Source of the DNA: Pseudomonadota bacterium
GTDB taxonomy: Bacteria; Desulfobacterota; Desulfarculia; Desulfarculales; Desulfarculaceae
Assembly (NCBI GenBank): GCA_043804825.1
Contig: JAZDIQ010000019.1
Span: 18,223 to 82,222 of the forward strand
DNA length: 64,000 nt
Direction of reading: 5' to 3'
Made by a program: the position numbers and the translations under genes. Shown in pieces: positions 1 to 8,892 of this stretch. The notes under the pieces are model-generated. The model saw nothing but the letters and a program-made list of their open reading frames with translations, did no database searches and was not told the origin of the DNA. The first letter of the stretch is position 1; each line of letters opens with the position of its first letter.

Positions 1-320
1 CCCAGATAGGCCGCCACGCTGGCGAACAGGGCCGTGACCGGCAGGCCGGCCCACCAGCGACGGCGCCAAAGCAGGTGGCTAAGGCTGAGGAACAGGGCGC
101 CCACGGCCAGGGTGCCCATGCGCCCCAGGCCGGTGGCGGCCTCGAATCCGCGGGTGTCCACGCTGACTAGCACCACCAAGGACACCAGGGCCGGGGCCGC
201 GGCGGCCAGACAGCCCTTGAGCATGGTCTTGCGCGCGGCGAGCTCCTGGTCCTCCTTGGCCACCCTGGCTGTGCTGGCCCGGCCGGGTTGCTTGTTCTTG
301 TTGGCGGCGTTTATTCTCAT
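1..320 (-). CDS. hypothetical membrane protein (3' end runs off the window)
   Basis: Open minus-strand frame from ATG 320 (alternative 335): MRINAANKNKQ... followed by hydrophobic stretches (ALVSLVVLVSV, LAVGALFLSLSHLLW). Lies downstream of and co-directional with the symporter. Absent from the ORF track because it has no stop in the window. Confidence 0.6.
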   Translation of the reverse strand, partial: MRINAANKNKQPGRASTARVAKEDQELAARKTMLKGCLAAAAPALVSLVVLVSVDTRGFEAATGLGRMGTLAVGALFLSLSHLLWRRRWWAGLPVTALFASVAAYL

Positions 321-488
321 GGCTAGGGCATTCATGCGCACCCTCTGCTTGCTGGGTTGGCTGGCTTTCGGCGGCGAGCCGGCGGATTGAACCGGCCCGG
401 CCCGCGGGGCCTCCGGCGGGGGGCGCCGGACCCCGGTGGGAGGGGTCCGACGCTCCCCCTGACCAGAGGGAACGAGGGGTTGCGGTTT

Positions 489-2351
489 TTAGTGCGCGGC
501 GGCGGCTCCGGCGCCCTTGGGAACGCGCACGTTCTCCACGATCTCCTGCACGTGGGCGGGCGGGGCCTCGGTGACCAGGGAGACACCCCAGGCCACGGCG
601 AAGTTGAGCACCATGCCCACGGTGCCGATGCCCTCGGGGGTGATGCCCAGGAACCAGTTGCTCACACCCAGGAACTTGGTCTGGATGATGTAGATGGCCG
701 TGAAGACGATGCCGACGATCATGCCGGCGATACAGCCCTCCTTGGTGGTGCGCTTGGTGAAGATGCCCAGGATGATGATGGGGAAGAAGGAGGAGGCCGC
801 CAAGCCGAAGGCGAAGGCCACCACCTGGGCCACGAAGGCGGGAGGATAGATGCCGAAGTAGCCGGCGAAGATGACGGCCACGCCGATCCAGATGCGCGCC
901 ATGGTCAGGCGCTGCTTCTCGGTGGCGTTCTTGTTGATGACGCGATAGTAGAGGTCGTGGCTGATGGCCGAGCCCACCACCAGCAGGAGGCCGGCGGCGG
1001 TGGACAGGGCGGCGGCCAGACCACCGGCGGCCACCAGGGCGATGACCCAGGGCGGCAGGTTGGCGATCTCGGGATTGGCCAGGACCATGATGTCGCGGTC
1101 GACGTAAAGCTCGTTCTTGTTGTCGGTGGCCTTGTTGCTGACCATGGGCTGGCCGAACTTGCCCTTTTCACCCGTGAAGGTGGGCTTGCCCGCGAAGGCG
1201 GAGCCCGCCGAGTAGTGGATGCGCCCGTCGCCGGCCTTGTCGAACCACAGGATCAGGCCGGTCTTGGCCCAGTTCTTGAACCAACTGGGGGCCAGTTGGT
1301 CCTTGTGCTCCTCGGTGAACTTGGCCTGCTGGGCCGGATCGGAGGGGAAGGTCATCCCCTTTTCCTTGGCATAGGTCTCGGCGCTGTAATACTTGCCGTT
1401 GAGCGAGTTGATCATGTTGTAGCGCGCGAAGGCGGCCACCGCCGGGGCGGTGGTGTAAAGCAGGGCGATGAAGACCAAGGCCCAGCCGGCGGAGAGACGG
1501 GCGGCGCGCACGCTGGGGACGGTGTAGAAGCGGATGATGACGTGGGGCAGACCGGCGGTGCCCACCATGAGGGCGAAGGTGATGCAGAAGATGTTGAGCA
1601 TGGAGGTGGCCGGTGTGGCGAAGGTGGCGGTGTATTGGGTGAATCCCAGGTCCTTGGCTATCAGGTCCAGGGTGTCCAAGAGGTACTTGCCCGTGTCCGG
1701 CCCGGTGACGATGGTGCTGCCGAAGCCGATCTGGGGGATGGGTATGCCGGTGACGTGGGCGCTGATGGCCCAGGCCGGCACCATGTAGGCCACGATGAGC
1801 ACGCAGTACTGGGCCACCTGGGTCCAGGTGATGCCCTTCATGCCGCCCAGGGTGGCGTAAACAAAGACGATGATCATGCCGATGATGACACCGGTGTTGA
1901 TGGGCACCTCCAGGAAGCGACTGAAGACGATGCCCACGCCGCGCATCTGCCCGGCCACGTAGGTGAAGCTGACGAAGATGGCGCAGGCCGCCGCCACCAG
2001 GCGGGCGGTGTCGCTGTAGTAGCGGTCACCCACGAAGTCCGGCACCGTGAACTTGCCGAACTTGCGCAGATAGGGGGCCAAGAGCAGGGCCAGCAACACG
2101 TAACCGCCGGTCCAGCCCATCAGGTAGTAGCAGCCGGGATACCCCAAGAAGGAAATAAGACCGGCCATGGAAATGAAGCTGGCGGCGCTCATCCAGTCGG
2201 CGCCGGTGGCCATACCGTTGGCGATGGGCGGCACGCCCATGCCCGCCACGTAGAAGCTCTTGACGTCCTTCACCCGCGAGCGCCAGGCGATGAAGATGTA
2301 CAGGGCGAAGGTGAGGCCCACGATGATATAGGTCCAAGTGAGAATCGACAT
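489..2351 (-). CDS. sodium:solute symporter, ActP-related VC_2705 subfamily (probable monocarboxylate uptake)
   Basis: SSS motifs FYVAG, NGMATGADWMSAASF, LRKFGKFTVPDF, GTAGLPHVIIRFYT, AAALSTAAGLLL; many TM segments; RBS GGAGG. Confidence 0.93.
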   Translation of the reverse strand: MSILTWTYIIVGLTFALYIFIAWRSRVKDVKSFYVAGMGVPPIANGMATGADWMSAASFISMAGLISFLGYPGCYYLMGWTGGYVLLALLLAPYLRKFGKFTVPDFVGDRYYSDTARLVAAACAIFVSFTYVAGQMRGVGIVFSRFLEVPINTGVIIGMIIVFVYATLGGMKGITWTQVAQYCVLIVAYMVPAWAISAHVTGIPIPQIGFGSTIVTGPDTGKYLLDTLDLIAKDLGFTQYTATFATPATSMLNIFCITFALMVGTAGLPHVIIRFYTVPSVRAARLSAGWALVFIALLYTTAPAVAAFARYNMINSLNGKYYSAETYAKEKGMTFPSDPAQQAKFTEEHKDQLAPSWFKNWAKTGLILWFDKAGDGRIHYSAGSAFAGKPTFTGEKGKFGQPMVSNKATDNKNELYVDRDIMVLANPEIANLPPWVIALVAAGGLAAALSTAAGLLLVVGSAISHDLYYRVINKNATEKQRLTMARIWIGVAVIFAGYFGIYPPAFVAQVVAFAFGLAASSFFPIIILGIFTKRTTKEGCIAGMIVGIVFTAIYIIQTKFLGVSNWFLGITPEGIGTVGMVLNFAVAWGVSLVTEAPPAHVQEIVENVRVPKGAGAAAAH

Positions 2352-2371
2352 ATCTTACCTCCCTTTTGCCC

Positions 2372-2632
2372 CTATTCTTCCACTTCGTATTCGCGGTCCA
2401 GGTTGCGCATCAGGGCACAGTAGACGAAGATGAGGACCACGAAGACGTAGATCGAGCCCTGCTGGGCAAACCAGAAGCCCAACTTGAACCCCCCCATGCG
2501 GATATGGTTGAGCGGCTCCACCAGGAAGATGGGCAGTATGTAGCCCACCAGGAACCATACGCTCAACAAGGTTAAAAGGATCCTGAGATTCGCGTACCAG
2601 TACTGCTTCAAGTCCTTCTGTTCGGTTGCCAT
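2372..2632 (-). CDS. DUF4212 small symporter-associated membrane subunit
   Basis: YW..NL..I and GFKLGFWFAQQGSIYVFV motifs; RBS AAAGGAGG before ATG 2632; directly upstream of the symporter. Confidence 0.9.
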   Translation of the reverse strand: MATEQKDLKQYWYANLRILLTLLSVWFLVGYILPIFLVEPLNHIRMGGFKLGFWFAQQGSIYVFVVLIFVYCALMRNLDREYEVEE

Positions 2633-3590
2633 ACGCCAACGTCCTCCTTTCATCGCTTTGGTTGGAAGCACTTTAAGGCCGACGTTATTCAGGCGCCGTA
2701 AACCGGGCAGCTTACTAGACTATCCTGCTGGATTACCGGGACGCCAAGCCTTAAACAAAAATGATATCTAAGACGAGCATACTTCATGTGCCCTTGTGCA
2801 TGTCTATTAGGGTTAACCCGTAAAACGGGGTAGGATTGACCCTACCACGTGCTAACCAGGCTTTTAGACAGGGTTATTTCTACATATTTTCAGGGATGCG
2901 GTTGTTTTTAACGCATGACTAGTTATCCAATGGCTAATATTTTTTTGTGTTCATGGGTACTTTTTTCTTTGATTGCGTCTTAAGATATATTCCTAAGTGT
3001 GGCTTTTGTTTTTGAGCCCCTCCGGCAGATATTTTGCGGAGCCGCACTTTAAACCACGCAAGCCATGACGATAACCTCAGCAATAATGTGGCGGATAATC
3101 ATGGTGTGCATATGGGCTAATTTTGCTAAATCCAATAAGCATGCCGGTGCCATTCCCATGGCTATATGGCGTATGCGTATTTGGTGAAGACAAGCCTAAG
3201 CGTTTAGTGGTTATCGGCATGGCGTTTAGCCGGGCAGACCAGCCGCCGCGGGCGCTGGCCAGGGCTGACCCGCGCCCCCGCCTCGGCCGGGCGCGCCCGC
3301 GGCCAGGGTCGCTGAAAAATCAGCGCCAAGCCGGGGTCTCGGGCCCCGCTTGGCCCGGGGGCAAGCTCTGCTCCGCCAATGTTAAGCCCGGGGGACGACT
3401 TTTGGCGCGAGGAGCCAGTAACCCCCTAGCCAAGGGGGCTTGTGAACATGTATAGTTTTTTATATGAAGTCTAGCTGGCGGTGGGGGCCGCCCGCCTGAC
3501 CACCCGATCCCCATCCTGGACCATGTGCCCGCGCGGGGCGTCCTCTCGCCCCAGGTGGGCAGCCGGTCGGGGCGCCTGTGGGGGAGCCAG

Positions 3591-4802
3591 TTGGTGTCTA
3601 GTGAAAGCGCCAGGACCAAGGAACAGATAGTCAGCGAATTCAAGTCCATGCATCGCGCATGGTCCCGCTGGCGCGAAAAAGGTCCGCCCGACGGGCGCCT
3701 GGAAGGGGCCTTGCAGACCATGATCGCCGCCTACCAGGAGCAGGCCCAGCTCCTGGATTTGGCGCGGGACACCATCCTCGTGCGCGACCTGGAAGACCGC
3801 ATCGTCTTCTGGAACCGGGGGGCCGAGACCACCTACGGCTGGGGCAAGGAAGAGGCCCTGGGCCAACACTCCCACACCTTCCTGCGCACGGTCTTCCCCC
3901 AGCCCCTGACCGATATCAGGGCCGTTCTCTTGGGCAAGGGCGAATGGCAGGGCGATTTGGTGCACACCACCCGCCAGGGCAAGCGCATCCTGGTGGATAG
4001 CCGCTGGACTCTGCGCCGCGACGCCCAAGGCCTGCCCCAGGCCCACATGGAGATCAACAGCGACATCACCCTGCGCCGCTGGCGGGAGACGCAGCTCAGG
4101 GAGCAGCGGGCCCAACTGCGCAATCTGGCCGCCGAGCTGACGCGGGTGGAGGAGCGGGAGCGCCGGCGCATCGCCCTGCAACTGCACGACGGCGTGGGCC
4201 AGTGCCAGGCCATGTGCCGGCTCATCCTCAGCAAGCTCATGACCACCCAGCCCGGCACCGCGCTGGCGCTGCAAGAGGCCATCGCCCTTCTGGACCGCAG
4301 CACCGCCGACACCCGCGCCCTGTGCCTGGACCTGAGCCCGCCGGTGCTTTACGAGATGGGCCTGCTACAGGCCCTGCAAGACCAGGCCGAGAGCCTGCGC
4401 CAGAGCCTGGGCCTGGTGGTGGAGCTGGACCTGCCCGGCCGCGAACCGCCCCTGGACGAGGACGGCAAGGTGTTTTTGTTCCGGGCCGCCTCGGAGATGA
4501 TGCTCAACGTGGCCAAGCACGCGGGCTGCCAGGAGGTGGTCTTGAGCCTGGGGATAAAGCCTGGCCGGGTGGTGCTGGTGGCCGCCGACCGGGGCCGCGG
4601 TTTCGACAAGTCGTTGATCGGCACCCCCAAATCCCTGGGGCTTTTCAGCCTGCGCGAACGGTTGCGCGGGTTGGGAGGGGCGCTGCGCATAGAGTCGCGG
4701 CCCGGCCAGGGCACCAAGGTGAGCCTGCACCTGCCCCTGCGCGAGCCCGACAGGCAAGAATCGGAGGAAGCCCATGGCTATCAGGATATTGTTGGTGGAT
4801 GA
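3591..4802 (+). CDS. cytoplasmic PAS sensor histidine kinase (HisKA_3, NarX/UhpB type)
   Basis: PAS (IVFWNRGAETTYGW..EEALG), H-box ERRRIALQLHDGVGQ, N-box NVAKHA, DRGRGFD, LGLFSLRER. Start uncertain: GGGGAG precedes TTG 3591/GTG 3594. Confidence 0.88.
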   Translation: MVSSESARTKEQIVSEFKSMHRAWSRWREKGPPDGRLEGALQTMIAAYQEQAQLLDLARDTILVRDLEDRIVFWNRGAETTYGWGKEEALGQHSHTFLRTVFPQPLTDIRAVLLGKGEWQGDLVHTTRQGKRILVDSRWTLRRDAQGLPQAHMEINSDITLRRWRETQLREQRAQLRNLAAELTRVEERERRRIALQLHDGVGQCQAMCRLILSKLMTTQPGTALALQEAIALLDRSTADTRALCLDLSPPVLYEMGLLQALQDQAESLRQSLGLVVELDLPGREPPLDEDGKVFLFRAASEMMLNVAKHAGCQEVVLSLGIKPGRVVLVAADRGRGFDKSLIGTPKSLGLFSLRERLRGLGGALRIESRPGQGTKVSLHLPLREPDRQESEEAHGYQDIVGG

Positions 4803-5430
4803 CCACGCCCTGGTCTGCGTGGGCATGCAGAGCCTCTTGGCCGACCAGGCCGACGTGGAGGTGGTGGGCATCGCCTCCACCGGCCACGAGGCGGTGCGGC
4901 TCACCGGTCAGCTCAACCCCGACCTGGTGATCATGGACGTGACCATGCCCGATCTGAACGGCATCGAGGCCACGCGCCAGGTCCTGGCCGAGTCCGCGGG
5001 AGTGCGGGTGCTGGCCCTGTCCATGCACCGCGAGGACCGCTACGTGCTGGGCATGATCCGGGCCGGGGCCGCGGGCTACCTGGTCAAGGATTGCAGCTTC
5101 GATGAGCTGATGAACGCCGTGCGCACCGTGGCCGCCGGGCGCACCTTCCTGAGTCCGGCGGTGGCCGAGGTGGTGATCAAGGGCTTCCGCAACGCTGTGG
5201 ATCAGGCCCCCGGGGCCTCGGCCCTGGACGTGCTCAGCACCCGCGAGCGCGAGGTGGTGCAGATGCTGGCCGAGGGCGCCAGCACCAAGCAGGTGGCCGA
5301 GCGCCTTTTTGTCAACGTCAAGACCGTGGAGGCCCACCGGCGCAACGCCATGGAGAAGCTCAACCTGGACTCCTTCGCCGACCTGGTCAAGTTCGCCCTG
5401 CGCGAGGGCATCACCTCCCTGCAAGTCTAG
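4774..5430 (+). CDS. NarL/FixJ-family response regulator (REC + LuxR HTH)
   Basis: LLVDDH, IMDVTMPDLNG, GYLVK, LSTREREV, KTVEAHR; overlaps the kinase stop. Confidence 0.95.
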   Translation: MAIRILLVDDHALVCVGMQSLLADQADVEVVGIASTGHEAVRLTGQLNPDLVIMDVTMPDLNGIEATRQVLAESAGVRVLALSMHREDRYVLGMIRAGAAGYLVKDCSFDELMNAVRTVAAGRTFLSPAVAEVVIKGFRNAVDQAPGASALDVLSTREREVVQMLAEGASTKQVAERLFVNVKTVEAHRRNAMEKLNLDSFADLVKFALREGITSLQV

Positions 5431-5515
5431 GCCCCGGAGAGCCCCCCTGCCCCGGCACCATCCCTGGCCCCTGGGAGCGGGCTCGTCGGTCTGGGCCTGG
5501 CCCGGGCGGCTGGCC

Positions 5516-6061
5516 TCAATGGCTGCCCCAAGTGACCTCGCGGTGCAGCCAGCCCACCTCGCCATCGCGGTGCTTGACCCTGAGCCACTGGCCCTGGCGG
5601 CGCAGCACCATGAAGGTGACAAAGCGCTTGGCCTTGAGCACCACGCGGCCACGGGGTGAGGGTCGCCGGCGTATGTTGACCAGATTCTTGGTGACCACCA
5701 CGGTGCGGGTGTTGCCCAGGCGTCGGGCGGGCAGCCAGCCCTCCCAGCCCAGAAAATCCTCCACCCGGCACCAACCCTTTTTTCTCTCCAGCACCCGCAA
5801 GGGGTAATCCCGCGAGAAGGTCACCAACAACCGGCTCCTGGAGCTGGGTTTCTGGCGCAGCTTGGCGGATTTGGTTTTCACGGCCAGTATCTCCCTGCCC
5901 GCCGCCTGGGCCGTGGCGGCCGGCAGGGCCAGGGCCAGGGCCAGGGCCATAACCAGTGACAGCACGGCCCCCAGCGGCAGCAGGCCCAACAGCCGGGCAG
6001 GCCAAGCCCGCCGCCGCGCAAGGGCGAGCGACGACGAATATTCTGAAAACCCCAAGGACAT
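5516..6061 (-). CDS. exported protein with two bacterial SH3 domains
   Basis: Signal-like ALALALPAATAQA; two repeats (KLRQKPS...YPLRVL...W..V...G.EGW and NIRRRPS...W..V...GEVGW); RBS GGAGGGAG. Confidence 0.8.
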   Translation of the reverse strand: MSLGFSEYSSSLALARRRAWPARLLGLLPLGAVLSLVMALALALALPAATAQAAGREILAVKTKSAKLRQKPSSRSRLLVTFSRDYPLRVLERKKGWCRVEDFLGWEGWLPARRLGNTRTVVVTKNLVNIRRRPSPRGRVVLKAKRFVTFMVLRRQGQWLRVKHRDGEVGWLHREVTWGSH

Positions 6062-6195
6062 GCTCCCTCCGTGGGTGTGGCCGGCGCGGCTGGGGGCGCC
6101 GCAACGGCAAGTGGCGGCCTGGTCAGGTCCCTGGCCGGATCAAACAGGGGTTGGATGGGGATGCGGACGGCCAGGGTCCTGGCGGCGTTGATAAT

Positions 6196-6213
6196 TATAT
6201 AGCACACTTAATA
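6196..6213. promoter_or_regulatory. pseudopalindromic MarR (EctR-like) operator candidate
   Basis: TATATAGC-AC-ACTTAATA in the AT-rich spacer between the divergent SH3 and MarR genes. Confidence 0.55.
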
Positions 6214-6325
6214 TTAGTGATCAAATAAATTGGCGGTCTGTTCGCGCCCGGGGAGGCTGATAAGCTAAAATAGCTTAATGATTGTCCGCCGCGTCGGCGG
6301 GGACGGCGCCTTGCTGGAGGAAGCC

Positions 6326-6859
6326 ATGTCCGGGCAGTTCGACGAGAGCATCCTGTTGTCGCTGCGGCGCATCACCCGCGCCATCGACCTGCACAGCCGC
6401 AGCCTGGCCCTGCGCTGCCAGCTCACCGCCCCCCAACTGGTTTGCCTGCGCCATTTGGTGGAGGAAGGCTCCGGCACCAGCGGCGGCCTGGCCCGCAAGG
6501 TTTCCTTGAGCCAGGCCACGGTGACCGGCATCCTGGACCGCCTGGAGGCGCGCGGACTGGTGGGGCGGCAGCGGGACGGCTCCGACCGGCGGCGGGTGAT
6601 CGTGACCCCCACCCCGGCCGGCCAGGCCCTGGCGGCCCAGGCCCCCATGCCCCTGCAGGAGCGCTTCGCGGGCAAGCTGGCGGGCCTGCCCCTGAAGGAG
6701 CAGGCCCGCCTGGACCAGGCCTTGCGGCAAATCGTGGAGATGATGGAGGTCGAGGACCTGCCGGTGGCGCCGGTATTGGCCGCCGGCCACCAGGCGCTGG
6801 GGCCGGAGGAGGCCCGGGAGTTGGCGCTCGCCAAACCCCGCCCCGCCGGCCGGCGCTGA
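6326..6859 (+). CDS. MarR-family regulator, EctR/CosR-like
   Basis: ILLSLRRITRAIDLHSR, LTAPQL, LSQATVTGILDRLE, DRRRV; RBS GGAGG before ATG 6326. Confidence 0.9.
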   Translation: MSGQFDESILLSLRRITRAIDLHSRSLALRCQLTAPQLVCLRHLVEEGSGTSGGLARKVSLSQATVTGILDRLEARGLVGRQRDGSDRRRVIVTPTPAGQALAAQAPMPLQERFAGKLAGLPLKEQARLDQALRQIVEMMEVEDLPVAPVLAAGHQALGPEEARELALAKPRPAGRR

Positions 6860-6877
6860 GGCCGGCCCCTGTTTATA

Positions 6878-7621
6878 TCAGTGGGTGTAGGCGCCGCCGC
6901 AGACGTTGATGGTCTGGCCGTTGACGTAGCTGGCCTCGTCGGAGACCAGGAACAGGATCACGTTGGCCACCTCCCGGGGCTGGCCCAGACGTCCCAGGGG
7001 TATCACCAAATTTTGCAGCATCTCCCGCTTGGCCTGGGGCATGGTCATGAGCATCTCGGTGTCGATGGAGCCCGGGGCCACGGCATTGACCCGCACGCCC
7101 TTGCGACCCAGTTCCTTGGCCGCGGCGGCCGTGAGGCTGGACACCCCGCCCTTGGCGGCGGCGTAGTTGAACTGGCCGGCCACCCCGTAGCGGCTTACCG
7201 AGGACAGGTTGACGATGGCCCCCCTGCCCTGCTGGCGCATGGGGATCATGCAGGCCTGCAGGCAGTTGAACACGCCCTTTAGGTTGACGTCGATAACCTG
7301 GTCCCACTGCTCCTCGGTCATCTTGTGGCCGATGGCGTCGCGCACGATGCCGGCGTTGTTGACCAGGATGTCCAGCCCGCCCAACTCCCGCCTGGTCCGC
7401 GCCACCATCTCCTCCACGAAGTCGCGGTCGGCCACGCTGCCCACCTGGAGAAGCATCCGCCGCCCCAGGGCCTCCACCTGGGCGCCCACCTCCCGCAGAT
7501 GGGTGGCGTTGCTGTCGCAGAGGGTCACCTGGGCGCCCTCCTCGGCCAGGCGCAGGGCGGTGGCCGCCCCTATGCCCTGGGCCGCGCCGGTGACGATGGC
7601 CACGCGATCCTGCAAACGCAT
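6878..7621 (-). CDS. SDR oxidoreductase, FabG/3-oxoacyl reductase-like
   Basis: TGAAQGIG, NNAGIVRD, catalytic YAAAK, VNAVAPG; RBS GAGGAGG. Confidence 0.92.
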   Translation of the reverse strand: MRLQDRVAIVTGAAQGIGAATALRLAEEGAQVTLCDSNATHLREVGAQVEALGRRMLLQVGSVADRDFVEEMVARTRRELGGLDILVNNAGIVRDAIGHKMTEEQWDQVIDVNLKGVFNCLQACMIPMRQQGRGAIVNLSSVSRYGVAGQFNYAAAKGGVSSLTAAAAKELGRKGVRVNAVAPGSIDTEMLMTMPQAKREMLQNLVIPLGRLGQPREVANVILFLVSDEASYVNGQTINVCGGAYTH

Positions 7622-7718
7622 GCTTACCTCCTCCCTGCCCGGGCGCCCCTGGGCTCCGCCCTGGTCGCCGCCGGGCGGCGGCATGATGATTGGTGTCGGT
7701 GGGTGGCGCGGAGCCGGC

Positions 7719-8840
7719 CTAGGGCAGGCTGGCCAGGGCCAGGGCCACTTCCTGTTCCAGCATGCCCGCGCCAGAGCGGGGCAAGGCCTCCAGCGCCCGC
7801 CGGGCGGCGGCCCCGCCTATGCGTCCCAGGGCCCAGGCGCACATGGCCCGCGCCCGCTCATCCGGCTCGCGGGCCAAGGCCCGCGCAAGGTCCGGCGCGT
7901 AGGCCTCGTCCCGGGTGTTGCCCATGACCCGGGCCACGTTCATCTTCCAGCGCCAGAGTTCCTCGGTCTTCATGTAGAACATGTGCGGCCAAATCTTCTG
8001 CTCAAAATACGGGATATCCATGGCCAGCAGCTTGGGCAGTTCAAAGTCCGGGGCCTTGGCCGCCACCCGGGGGTTGGGGGGCAGATCGGCGGCCAGCCAG
8101 GCGGCGTTGCGCGGGCAGACATTCTGGCAGCGGTCGCAGCCGTAGACCCACAGGCCCATGGGCTCGCGCAGCTCCAGGGGCGTCAGGCCCTGGCCGTAAT
8201 AGCTCAGATAGGAGATGCAGCGGCGAGGCTCTATATGGCGCGGCCCCTTGAGGGCTCCCGTGGGGCAGGCCGTCAGGCAGGCGTTCTTGCACCAGGCGGG
8301 GCAGCCCACCTCCAAACTGGGCTGGTCGGGCGCCAGGTCGGCATCCACCACCACCGCGATGGGCAACACCCAGGAGCCGCCGCGCGCCACCCGGCGGGCG
8401 TAGAAAAGGCAGTTCTTGCCAAAATCGCCCAGGCCGGCGCGAGCCGCCGCCAGGCGGTGGGGAAGGTTGTAGGGCACCGCGGTCTTGAGGCCGTGGTGGC
8501 CCAGGAAATGCCGGAAAGCCCTGATGCGCCGGGTCAGGCCGTCCTTGGTCACCCGGTCGTCATCCAGGTAGCAGCGGCCGAAGAAGCGCTCCATGGACCG
8601 GGGATTGGCCTGGGAAAAATAGGCCTCCAGCAGCACGATGACGGACTTGGCCCCAGCCAGCAGGTTGCCGGGATCGGTGCCGGCCACCAGGTCCAACCCC
8701 ATGCCTCCCACCCAGGCGTAGCTCTCCTGGCGTTGGCGCAGGATTTCCCGCTGGGGTTCGAAGGGCTCGGCCGTGGTGAAGCCGATGTCCGCGAAGCCCA
8801 GTTCCCTGGCCTGGGCCACTATCTCCGCCTGGCTGAGCAT
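7719..8840 (-). CDS. epoxyqueuosine reductase (QueG)-like 2x[4Fe-4S], probable cobalamin enzyme with C-terminal HEAT repeats
   Basis: ARELGFADIGF, AARAGLGDFGKN, C-x3-C-x3-C-x3-CPTGAL, RCISY, GCDRCQNVCP, AWALGRIG. Confidence 0.8.
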   Translation of the reverse strand: MLSQAEIVAQARELGFADIGFTTAEPFEPQREILRQRQESYAWVGGMGLDLVAGTDPGNLLAGAKSVIVLLEAYFSQANPRSMERFFGRCYLDDDRVTKDGLTRRIRAFRHFLGHHGLKTAVPYNLPHRLAAARAGLGDFGKNCLFYARRVARGGSWVLPIAVVVDADLAPDQPSLEVGCPAWCKNACLTACPTGALKGPRHIEPRRCISYLSYYGQGLTPLELREPMGLWVYGCDRCQNVCPRNAAWLAADLPPNPRVAAKAPDFELPKLLAMDIPYFEQKIWPHMFYMKTEELWRWKMNVARVMGNTRDEAYAPDLARALAREPDERARAMCAWALGRIGGAAARRALEALPRSGAGMLEQEVALALASLP

Positions 8841-8892
8841 GCCCGGTCCTCCCCCGGCCCGGCGGGCCGCTAATCCTCGCTCTTCGCCCCGC

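Noticed and set aside
357-2423. 688-aa plus-strand ORF and many other long antisense ORFs (e.g. 7209-8873, 11330-12685, 28208-29833, 32516-34636)
   Set aside because: Shadow frames opposite well-supported genes, expected from high-GC codon bias; no recognisable motifs.
3138-3153. TGGCAC-containing sigma54-like site on the minus strand
   Set aside because: GG-to-GC spacing is 9 nt rather than the required 10.
5922-5950. (GGCCAG)n hexamer run
   Set aside because: Simply encodes ALALALAL in the signal peptide; in-frame, no sign of phase variation.
7719-8840. Calling this gene queG or a reductive dehalogenase rdhA
   Set aside because: Canonical QueG motifs are not evident; there is no Tat signal or rdhB anchor, so no symbol was assigned.
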